From: the human T2T-CHM13v2.0 reference genome, Homo sapiens
NCBI RefSeq assembly: GCF_009914755.1
Contig: NC_060932.1
Direction: 5' to 3' (one strand)
Length of the DNA: 64,000 nucleotides
The translations under genes were made by a program, and so were the position numbers. Positions 25,616 through 36,830 of the stretch are shown piece by piece. The notes beneath the pieces were generated by a model. The model did not search any database. It was not told the DNA's origin and worked only from the letters and a program-made list of their open reading frames with translations. How positions within the stretch are numbered: the first letter of the stretch is position 1; the number at the start of each line of letters is the position of its first letter.

Positions 25616-27238
25616 ACAGAGGAGAGGAAGGGGCCTGCCTGCAGCCCGCCTTTCAATCAAGGAAGAACCAGCTCCCAGCTGGATCTGTTAAGGAGGCTGG
25701 GGTGGGAGTGCTCCTGAGCCCTGGTGTGCTCAGGGAGGGGCCCTCCTGGGGCTGTGGGTGGCAGGACTGCCTTCAGGAGAGGAGGCACCTCTGCAGCTCC
25801 GTGTGACCCCATGATTCTCTGGCATGGAGGACTACCCCTCCCTTCCTCCCCCTAGTGTGTATGGAGCTCACGGTGACAGAGAGGGGCCTGGGGCAGGACT
25901 TCAGGCTGTGGGGACCCGGTGGACAGGGGCTAATGGGGGGCACCAGTGGCAGTGGTGGGGGACAGCAGCTGAGGGCCCTGAGCCTGTCTGAGTGGCTGGG
26001 CAGTGGCCTTCCCCACCGGCCTGGCCTCACCCAGGTGAGACTCAGATTCTGAAGGCACTAGGAGCTTCATCCCTGGGCGTGGACAAAAATCTCAGCAAGC
26101 TTGGGTTCAAACCTCAGCTCTCTCTTGCTGTGTGACCTTGAACAAGTCACTCTACCTCTCTGGGCCTCACTTTCTTGTCCAGGAAACGGGCACTTGAGAC
26201 CAACCGTGTGGAAATATGTCTGTGAAGCTTGGCACAGATTGGGGGCCATGTGTGTGGAATTTTGGGTTTCCAAGCCCCGACCTCAACCTGGGTGCCTCCC
26301 GTCCACCCTGCGAGGTTGGCCTCCAGGCCCCAGCTTCCATCCATGCCTTGACAGAAGTAAGGAGGCCTTCCCATCTGTGGTGGGGACAGGGACCATTCCT
26401 GTCTTGTCCAGTGGCTGCAGGGAGGTGAGGGGCAGCAGGTGCTCTGATGAGCACTGTGGCATCATCCCCACCCAGCCCCTCATCCCGGGCACGCGAGGCT
26501 GTGCTCTCAGGCCATCCATGCACTCGCTCAGTCCTTCACTCACCCCAAAAACATTCATCAAGGACCTTGACCCAGGCACTGGAGGGCAGCAGCGACCAAC
26601 ACCAGCAAAGCCCCTGCCCACCCCACCACCCGGAGCAGACACTGGGAGCCGACCGCACACAACCCACCCTGATTCTCACGCCTGTCTCAGACAGGAAAAC
26701 AGACAGCCAGGTCCCCAGCAGAGGAAAATACACTATTCGTGCTTGGCACCAGAACTGAGAAGAAAGAAGGGGGATCCCAGACCATCCAGGCAAGGGGATG
26801 CGGGTCTGTCCTGGGGGAAGCCGGGGACCCGCCGCTCCGCCGTTTGGTGCCCCTGCTGTGTGGATGGGCCGCTCACTGGCCTCCCCCTGGTGACGGTGGG
26901 CCAGCCCTGGGGGCGGGAGGCACTGGGAATATTGACTGTATTTGGTGATCATTGCTGTATTTATAGGGCTCGATGGAGATAAAAATAAAGTGAGGAGGAG
27001 CCGCGTGAGTCACTGCAGTGCTTCGCAGCGTGGTCTCTGCCTCCCAGCTGGGTACAAAGCCTGGGGTGGGATGGGTAAGGGGGCAGGGGCCAGGGACCCA
27101 GACAGGGCTGGGCCCAGGACAGCTGGACAGCTGGGTGTCAGTGGAGCCCTGTGCTCACTCCTGCGCTGGCAGCCAGCACCCCTCTGAGCTTGGAGCAGGG
27201 TCTCCCCCAGTGCGGCCTGTCTGCCTCCCATCCCCAGA

Positions 27239-27356
27239 CCACCTGCATGGCCGGAGTCAGGTTCAGCAGGGTCCCGGGCCACCTGCGTGGCCGGAGTCAG
27301 GTTCAGCAGGGTCCCCGGCCACCTGCGTGACCGGAGTCAGGTTCAGCAGGGCCCCG
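27239..27356. repeat. 40-bp tandem repeat, 3 copies
   Basis: CCACCTGC(A/G)TGGCCGGAGTCAGGTTCAGCAGGGTCCC(G/C)GG x3. Confidence 0.95.
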
Positions 27357-29604
27357 AGGTAGGAGGAGCTTCCAGAATCCTGAAACCCCAGGCAGGATCT
27401 GTCCTCCAGCCCTCCTCTGGAATTTCCCCGGCTTTAACTCTCCCTTTCCGACATCCCACGGCGCGGGTCCCATGCACGTCACAGGGCTATTGTGAGGGCT
27501 TTGCACGCTGCCGAGGGCTGTGCTGATGTTAGGACGTGTGTGGTCCTCCCTGTGTGGGCTCCCCGCTCCCATGTCTTCCTGAGAGCCTGGCTCTTCCCCC
27601 GGCTGCGTTCCGTCCTCTATTTTTGCTTTGAGTTCAGCTGTTGTAAGTCAAGCCCACATGAGCCTCAGGCTTCAGGTGGGCAAGGGAGCCACAAACAGCC
27701 GATTGGACCCCCCGTGGAGAGCTGCCCCGGCTGGCAGAAGCCTCGGGAGTGCTTGCTTTCCGGCTCCAAGCCTGTCCCCTGCCCGGCCTTGGACTTGGAA
27801 TGGCCTCCATGAAGACCCTGTTCCCACTGCTGAGAGTCACTCGCTGCCAGCTCCTAGCTGGGTCCCTCTCAGGGAATGGCCTTTGACTGGAAGCAATGTC
27901 CTCGCTGCCCCCACCCAAGGGCAGCCTAACCCCCGGGACTGGCTGACACAGTCCTGGACCTCTCGCCCCAGGTTGGCACAGCTCTGCAGGGGCATCCCAG
28001 CTCCAGGGGCCGTTATGGGGCTGGCCGAGGCCCCAGGACCACAGCACCCAGTCCATTCTCCCGCTCTGCCTCCTCACAGGAGCTGCCCCTACCAGCTTTC
28101 CCCAGTAAACATCCATCAGGCAAACGCCCACCTCAGAATCTGCTCCAGGCAGAAGCCTGCTTTCCCATGGGGACCCCAGTCTGTTTGAATTGGGTGGACG
28201 CTTCCTGATGCTCCCGAGGTCGGGGCCTCCCAGCCTTTTCTGACACTTTCGGCGGGGGCTACTGCATTGGTGAGCATGCATCTTGAAGGCCTGGTGCCAC
28301 CAGCTTGCCTGCCAGCAGTGGGGAGCTCGTTGGAGAGCTGGGGAGCAAGATGGGACCCCAAGCCCCGCCCCCACAAGCTGCTGGATCCACCCAGACCTGC
28401 AGCTAGTTGTTTCAGGGAATGTACGGGGTCCTAGTTCCTTTTTTGCTTGAACAGGCTTGAGTTGGGCTCTGTTCTCCTCTGAGTGGAGATCTGCAGCTAA
28501 CCCGGCTGTGGTGAGCTCTGGGAAGTGGGGCCTGCTTGGAAACTAAAGGGCTTCTTGGGCCCTGTGAGGCTGAACACTGCTCGGGGTGTGCAAGCCACAA
28601 AGAGGTTGGAGAGTAGCTGCCAAGGGCTGAGAGGTGCTTCTAGCCATCACAGCCCACCACCCCTGGCTCTAGGAAGCAGTGCTGGGGTCTCTGGCCATCA
28701 GCCAACCAGGGTCCCATGGCGAGGCTCTGTAGGAGGCCCTGAAGGAGGGATGAAGCCTGTAGGAGGGGACATGGCCATTGCCGGAGCTGCCGCGGCTCCC
28801 CTGGGTGGAGCGGGAGCCCCAGGAGGCCAGGTCTGCGCAGGGCAGAGGGGGCAGAGGGACACTGCCGAGGCACAGAGAGCAGGCTGAGCTTGGCCGGTGC
28901 ATTGGCTACACCGTGGCGGGCCCCCTGTCCCATTTGCTCCTGTGGCAGGCCCTTTACCCCACACTGTGCCAGGCATGCAGAAGGAGTGTGACTCTGCTCC
29001 TACTTTGTTGAGTGACTGAATGAGAGAAATGGCACAGCCCAGGAGAGAAGCCAGAACCAGCTGTCCCTGGGGCTCCCCTGCCCCACCGCAGGCATGTGAA
29101 TGCACTCCCAGGCAGCCCCTGAAGCTCCTGGTGGGCGGGCGGTGTCACTTCATTAGCATAAACCAGGGGAGGTCCCAGCTCCTCTCAAGCCCTGCAGCCA
29201 GACCTGCTCACCCCTCAGCCCCAGGCTCCCCCACCCTCCCCAGTGAACCTCTTTCTGCCTTGGGGCCCTGGGTGTCCTGCCCTGCCCGCCCAGGCAAAGT
29301 GGCCATGGCATTGAGGTAGGAGTTGGGTGACCCTGTCCTGCAATGCTGGGCAGAGTCCTCAGAAACTTGTAGTCCTGGTTCCCCATGTCTTATGGACGGG
29401 GAGACTGAGGCTGGAAGGGGCAAAGTGACCGAGCCCCACCATAGGCAGCCCAGGCCTCCCCAGAGGCCTCGAGACCCCTGGGTTAGGCTGCTCAGAGCCC
29501 AGGTCCTGGCTTTTCTGGGCCACAGCCTCTGCCAGCCCTCATGCTCTCCCTGCAGGGTTGGGGTGGGATGCCCTGGGGCAGGGGTATGGATAGCACAAAA
29601 TGTC

Positions 29605-29731
29605 AAGGCTGGGCAGAGATGTGGCCGCACCTGGGAGGTGAGAGTGCAAGGCTAGGCAGAGGCGTGGCCACACCTGGGAGGTGAGAGTGCAAGGCTAGGC
29701 AGAGGCATGGCCACACCTGGGAGGTGAGAGT
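29605..29731. repeat. 43-bp tandem repeat, ~3 copies
   Basis: AAGGCTAGGCAGAGGC(G/A)TGGCCACACCTGGGAGGTGAGAGTGC recurs with a 43-nt period. Confidence 0.93.
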
Positions 29732-31399
29732 GGGGCTGTGAAGCAGAGAAAGGAGGTGAGCCACATTGGAATGGAGTCAAGGAGACCTAGAAGTTGGGGG
29801 CTGAGAGGTCAGGAGGGCGTGGGGCAGGTCCAGGTGCAGCAGCAGGTGCAGCAGATGCAGCAGGTGCAGCAGGGGCCTTGGGGCTAGAGGGGGGCGCTGC
29901 GGGAGGAGACAGTGCAGAGCTCTGGTGTGCAGGTGGAGAAGGCTCTTCAGGCCAGGGATGTTGGCTCCTGGGCCTGAGTCCCAGAGCTAGGCCTGGAGCT
30001 AGGGATGTGCTCAGTGTCACCAGGACCCTTTGCTGTCCCTGCCCTTTGGTCCATCCCTCTCCATGAAGGCCCGTTCTCACTTCGCCTTCTCTGGTAGCCT
30101 CACCATGGCTCTTGGGGTCTGGAAGCCTCTCTGAGTCTCTGTCTTGTGGAGGGTGGGAGCACCCACTGGGGCACATCTGGGCCCTGCCTTCGCCGCCATC
30201 CCAGCCGCCAAAGGGTTTTCTGGGTGGTGGAGCACACAGAGGCTAATCAGGCCAAAGGGTTTGTTTGTAGCAGTCTAGACGCAAGAGAAGCCCCAGGAGA
30301 AACAGAGCCCTTGTGTCCAGCTCCTGCCTGAACTGGAATCCTGGCGAGGTTGGCGGGCGCTGCCATGGCCTCCAGCCTCAAACTATCCACAGTTGGAGAA
30401 TCTGTGGCTTTTCATTGTTTGGAAGATGGAAAAGGGATGGAGGGGACGAACCCTGCCCTCTTTTTCCTTTTCCTCCTGTTTGGGAACAGGCGGGAGCCCC
30501 TGGGCAGTGGAGGCAGTGGGGAGGGAGAGTCTGTGTAAAAGTACCCCGGGCTCTGGTTCTGGGTAAGGTGGAGCACACACACGCCAGCTTCCTCCCCCAC
30601 AGAACGAGGCTATGAACCTGGACAGGCAGCAGCTGCCTGAGGGCTCTCAAAAGTCAATGCTAGCGGGTGAACTGGGGAGGAAAATTTACATCTGAAGCAG
30701 CCCCAAGCCCGTGGTAAGTCTCCTCCTTTCTCCCCACTGGTGTCCTCCAGCCTGGACTCAAGGTGGCCTGAGTCTGGAAGTGGGCATCAGCACCAACAGA
30801 GGAAGATGGAAGAAGCTCCTTCCAGCTCTGGCTCCTAACACGGAAAGAGTGGGGGAGAGATTTCCATTTCTTTTGTCCCTTTCTGTTATCTCACACCCCA
30901 GCCCCAGGCAACCCAAGTGCAGTGTCCTACAGGCAGGGCAGCAGGCAGGCCCCAGGCATTTACAGACCCCAGGAGGGAAACTTCCTCTCTAATCAGAGGA
31001 TCTGAGCTCACAGGAAGATGGGGTGAGCCTGAATTTTTTGTTTTTCCCTCTATCCTCATCCCACTTGGCCCACACATGGGGAGTGCATGGAGCAGTGTCC
31101 TAATGGAAACCTTCCTTTTGGCCAGAAGACCACAAGAGGAAATCCCAGTGAACAGAGGTATAAGAGGGCACTGAGGAAGCTTGGGAAGGGGACATCATCA
31201 AGTTGTTTATGATTGTCTAGGACCAGTCCCAAGCTGAGCATGCGTGGACCCTAAACAGCATACCACACACTTGGAGAAACCATCTGTGGGGTAGACACTG
31301 CCCAAGTTGCAGAATGGCCATGGGGTATTCACACACAGGACAGATATGAATATCATAGAAATCACAGCCCATGAAAGACAGGTCAGAACTTGCAGCCAG

Positions 31400-31770
31400 G
31401 GCCAGGTGTGCTGGCTCATGCCATAATCCCAACACTTTGGGAAGCCAAGGCAGGAGAATCACTTGAAGTGAGGAATTTGAGATCAGCCTGGGTCTCAAAC
31501 CCAGAGTGAGACTCAATCTCCATAAGAATTTTTAAAAATTTGCCAGGCATGGTGGTGCATACCTGTAGTCCTAGCTAATTGGGAGGCAGAGGTGAGAAGA
31601 TTGTTTGAGCCCAGGAGATCAAGGTTACAGTGAGCTATGATCACAACACTGCACTCCAGACTGGGCTGGGCAACAGAGCAAGACACTGTCTCAAGAAGAA
31701 GAAGGACAAGGAGGAGGAGAAGGAGGAGGAGAAAGAGAAGGAGAAGGCAACAGAGATGGAGAAGGAGAAG
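31400..31770 (+). mobile_element. AluJ-like SINE with a GA-rich (GAG/AAG) tail
   Basis: GGCCAGGTGTG...TTTGAGCCCAGGAGATCAAGGTTACAGTGAGCTATGATC...GTCTC, followed by a purine-rich tail at 31694-31770. Confidence 0.92.
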
Positions 31771-31799
31771 AACTACTTGCATCCAGGAAGCTGGGGAGA

Positions 31800-32740
31800 T
31801 TGCCTGCTAAAACAAGAGTTATCTCCATCTCCACAGGATTTAGACCAGATCCAAGGCCTTATACAATAATATTCAAATTTTCCAGGATATGATCCAAAAT
31901 GACTTGGCATATGAAGGACAGGAAAATGACAACTTGTGTTTTGCATGAAACAAAACAATAAACAGAAGCCAACTCAAGATGGCACAGTTGTTAGGATTCA
32001 AACAAAGACTTAAAAGCAACTATTATAAAAATGATCCAACAAGTAAAGGCAAACACTCTTGAAATAAATGAAAACATAGAAAACTCAGCAAGAGGGGGAG
32101 GGAGAGAAAGAAGAATCAAATAAAAACATTGGAACTGAAAATTGCCTAACCAAAACAAAAATACTTGTGGTACAAGCTCAATAGCAGGATGGGGATGACA
32201 GAAGAAATTAGTGAACATGAACATGGGTCAATAGAAAGTACCCAATATAAACAACAGGGGATAAAAAGAGTGAAAGACCTGTGGGACCTGTGGAAGGATA
32301 TCAAAGTCTAACATTCATACAATCAGGGCCCACAGGGAGAGGAGAAATATAATACAAAAACAAATATTTGAAGAAATAATGGTTGCAAACTTCTCAAATT
32401 TAGTAAAAACAAGCCTACAGATACAAAAGATCCGTGAACCCCAAGCAGTATAAATCCAAAGAGATTTATTTCCAGACACATCAAATCAATCTGCTAAAAA
32501 CAAAAGACAAAGAAAAAATCTTGAAAGCAGAAAAAAGTAATGAATTATTTATAACAGGAAAAATTCTCCAAATGACTTTGGATGTCTCATCAGAAACCAC
32601 AGAGGCTAGATGGAAGCAGAGGAAAATTTTCATGCTGAAAGGAAAGAACTACGGCCTAGAATTCTATACCCAGTAAAACAGTCTTCAGGAGTGAAGGTGA
32701 AATACAGACATTCTCAGATGAAGTGAAACTAAGTGAACTC
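31800..32740 (+). mobile_element. Old L1M ORF1-region fragment
   Basis: ORF 32434-32676 encodes LLKTKDKEKILKA...MTLDVSSETTEAR, recognisable decayed L1 ORF1p; frameshifted. Confidence 0.85.
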
Positions 32741-32963
32741 TCTTTCTGTACTATTTTTACAACTTCCTGTGCATCTATCATTATTTTGAAATAAAAAGTT
32801 AAGGGGGAAAAAAGGGCAAAAGACCTCAACAAAGTTCAAGAAAGGGGATATTTGGATGGTAAATATGCACATGGAAAGATATTCTACATCATTCATCATT
32901 AAGGAAATATGAATTCAAACCACAAGGAGATGTTATTCCACACCTACTAGAATGGCTAAAATA

Positions 32964-33284
<321 letters not shown>

Positions 33285-33868
33285 CTAACCCTACTAAGTG
33301 TTGGCAAGAACTCAAGGCAACCGGAATTCAGTCACATTACAATGGAAATGCAAAATGGCTCAGCCACGCTGGAAGACAGGTTGGCAGTTTCTTAGCAAGT
33401 TAGACGTGCGTTTGCCACAGGGACCAGAAATCCCATTCGAGGTACTCACCTAAGTTAAGCAAAATCTTATATTCACAAAAACTTGTGCACAAATGTTCAT
33501 AGCACCTTTATTTGTATTAGCCCTAAATCGGAAAGTACTCAAATCTTTCAACAGGTGAGCGACTTAACAAGTTGTGATCCATCCACACTGCAAGATAGAG
33601 CTCAGTGGTGAACAGAAACAGAAATGAACTTCTGGGATATGCAACAACATGGTGGTTGCCAATGGTGTTATGCTGAGTGAGAGAAGCCAGCCTCCACAGG
33701 AGGCGTACGTGCCACTCCACCCACATGACATTCTCAGGAAGGCAGATGTACAGCAATGGAGTTGCAGGGGGCAGGGGCAGGAGGAGGTGCAACTGCAGGC
33801 AGAAGGCACAGGGCAGGGGAAGAAATTGTTCTGTATCCTCATGGTGGTGATGGTTACATATAAACACA

Positions 33869-33993
33869 GGCCGGGCATGGGGCACACACCTGCGAGCCCA
33901 GCACTATAGGAGACCAAGGCAGGAGGATCACTTGAAGCCAGAAGTTTGAGGCCAGCCTGAGCAACATAGCAAGACCCCATCTCTACAAAAAAA
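33869..33993 (+). mobile_element. Alu monomer (FLAM-like)
   Basis: GGCCGGGCATGG...GGAGGATCACTTGAAGCCAG...GCAACATAGCAAGACCCCATCTCTACAAAAA. Confidence 0.85.
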
Positions 33994-35579
33994 TTGTACG
34001 TGTAAACTCATAGAACTCCACATGTGAATTAAATTTTTAAAATTGTCTTAGAAGAAAGGCCACAGAGCCAGAGAAGGACTGGAACCCATGGAGGGCCAAG
34101 CTTCCGGAACATTCCTCCAGGGAGCATTCAGGGCAGGGGCTCTGATGTCATCCTATGACATGACTGATGGTGACATTGGCCCGGTGGACTCAGCAGCCAG
34201 CCCTGAGCACCCCTGACACTAGCATTCCTCCTGGCCTCCACTTTCTGCCTTCTCACTCTGCTCTGTCTTTCCTATCTGGCTCTCTGACAGCAGGGCCACC
34301 CTCCCCTTAGACTGGAAGCTCTCCAAAGTAAATGAGGGATGGGATCTGGGGTTTACTGAGCATCTACTCTCCACTGGCCCCTGCCAGGTCCTGGAAAGGC
34401 ACCTCATTTATCTGCACATGCTTGGGGCAGGGATGTTTGCCCCCGCTTTACAGATGAGCGACTAGAGGCTGAGCCAGAGGGCAGGGGTGGGTCCAGGAGG
34501 GGCTGGGTTTGGATGCAGGGCCGCCTGCAGCCAGTGGTCACCCTCCCAGTGTGCAGCTCTGCCTTCAGACCAGTTCTTTACCAACACTGTGTACCATCTG
34601 CCTGCATCTGCGGTGCCCAGGGTGAGGACAGCCAGGGTGCCGGGTGGGAGCCTGAAATCGAAGCAGGAGCTCCTCAGGTTCTCTGCAGGCCCCTGCATGG
34701 GGGGCGTCTAGGGAGGGAACTGGCTTTGCACTAACAGACGTTCTGGGGCGGAGGCCAGGACTCAGGTGCCTGCCTGCCAAGTGCTCCTTGTGTAGCAGTC
34801 AAACTGGGTTGTGCTGAAAACTTGCTCCCCGCTGCCGCAGAGGACCTGTTAATTAATTAAATGACACTTCAGCTCCCTGCATGGCCAGTGAGTGAGAACA
34901 AGCACCCGTGGCTCTTAGGATCCGGGGCGAGGCAATGAGAGCAGGACACAGCAGCGTGGGCGAGGTCTGGCTGCCGGGGGCTGGCTGGGCAGGACAGGTG
35001 GGTGAGTGTGGAGGCTGGGGACACCAGCCTGTAGACACCGGGCAGGCGCTGGCCCCAGGACCCTGGGCTTTCCTGCCCGCTTTGTTCTCCCTCCTGTGTC
35101 CACGGCAGGCCAGCCACTCTGTCATCTGGACAGCCCGCATTGGGCTGCTGTCACAGTGACGCCGTCGGATGGTATGCGGAGCACAGACCCCATGCCCACC
35201 AGGGAGGTCTTCCCTGTCCTGGCCTGCCCTGCCTCCTTCCTGCCCGGAGTATCTGAAGAAGGGATCCCACAGCTCCCTCTGCATTTCTCCATCTCTGCGG
35301 CCACCCCCTGCCCTGGGTCCGAGGTTTGTCTCCCCCGACCAGACGGTGGGTTGACTGTGAGTAGGACAGTGTATGGGTCATCTCAGAGTCCACGGCCCCC
35401 AGGAGGCAGCCATGGGAAACGCTGACCACCAAGGGTGGGCCCTGTGCTGGGTGATCTGGCCTCTAATAGTCCAAACATTCCTAGGAGGTGGCATCTGTAG
35501 CATGAGCTGCCAGTGGCCCCTGGGGAATAGAATCCTGGGTCTTAAGCTGGGTGAGTAGTTGCCAGAATAAAGACTTCAC

Positions 35580-36050
35580 TTCACAGCCTGACTAATTTCT
35601 GACCGATGGGATGCATAGGAAGTGATGTGTGCAACCTCCAGGAAGTACCCTTAAAGAGCAGTGTAGGCCGCTCTTCTCCTCTGCTCCTTCCTGATGGACA
35701 GAAGGTGAGTGTGACAGCTGGAGCTCCAGCAGTCACCTTGGACCATGAGGTATAAGACAGAGATGAGGAGGAACGGTGTGGGATGCAGTTGAGGGCCAGA
35801 GACGCTGACGTCATCCTGCTCCGTGGAGTGAGCCATCGTGAAGGCCAAGTCAACACGTCGGAAAGAAGCAAAGTATGGAGAGTCAGAGGAGCAGAGCTGC
35901 GGCCCCATCACGCTTCATCCAAAACCCGCAACAGCATCAGGTTTTCCATTTGCTTAGGCTAATCCACCATCCACCATCTGCTTGCATGTGGTTTCAGCCA
36001 GCTTGAGTTGGGTTTTCTGTTATGGGTTTTCTGTTACAGGCCACTGAAAA
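35580..36050. mobile_element. Old MLT1-like LTR fragment
   Basis: GGAAGTGATGTGTGCAACCTCCAGG, GGAGCTCCAGCAGTCACCTTGGACCATGAGG and AGTTGGGTTTTCTGTT motifs typical of MLT1H-K. Confidence 0.5.
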
Positions 36051-36419
36051 CTTCCCAACACATACAGTGGGAGAGTCATGTGTTTCAGCTGGCCTGTGAG
36101 CCTGGGGAACCCAGGCAGACTTCCTAGAGGAGGAGCCCCACTGGGAGAAAGGAGGGAAGGGTGCTCCATACTGTGGGTGAGGGCATGGGGGACAGGTCCT
36201 CAGACCAGGAGGAGAGCTGGTACCCCCTGGACTGATAACCTGGCAGCCCCTGGGTCCCAACCCCAGGGCCCTTTGCCAGGCTCCATTTGGCCCAATTTAA
36301 AATTCTCAGGCAGCACCTCACACCTTCCCTGGAACTGTGGAAAGCATGGCATGGCCTCTCTGTACCCTTCAGATTTAGTTACCGCACCTCCCAGCTTTCC
36401 CAGGGCTGCCTTCCTCTGA

Positions 36420-36830
36420 CCACATGCACACAGGATACACAAACATGTGCACTTGCATATACACATGGGCTCTGTGTGCACCTCTGTGTTTACATGCCGG
36501 TGCACATGCCTGCACCCCATGTGTGTATTCACATGCCCTGTACACCCATGTGTACACCGTGTGCGTGTGGTGTACATGTGCACGTGCCCTTATGCTCATA
36601 TCATGTCCACGCACACACACGTGTGCACTTGCATATGCATTCTGTATATACAAGTGGGTGCACACATGTACGCAGAGTGTCTGCATGTTGTATGCTCCTA
36701 CACACATGAGGAGCATGCGCAGAGCTGCACGTGTACACTTGAACATGTGTGCACATGCATGTACCCACCCATGTATACACGTGGTGCACACATATACACA
36801 TGAGGGTGTGCATACAGGCACACGCCAATA
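36420..36830. repeat. Alternating purine-pyrimidine (CA/TG/GCAC) low-complexity tract
   Basis: Dense TGTGCAC/TACACATG motifs. Confidence 0.88.

Noticed and set aside
24885-25717. His/Thr-rich ORFs (also 36287-36855 and 46738-48097, up to 438 aa)
   Set aside because: Translations of CA/CATG low-complexity tracts that are open in all frames; not metal-binding proteins.
32434-32676. ORF1p-like ORF, and the ORF2p-like ORF at 49359-49814, as functional or domesticated genes
   Set aside because: Short surviving frames within frameshifted ancient L1 fragments.
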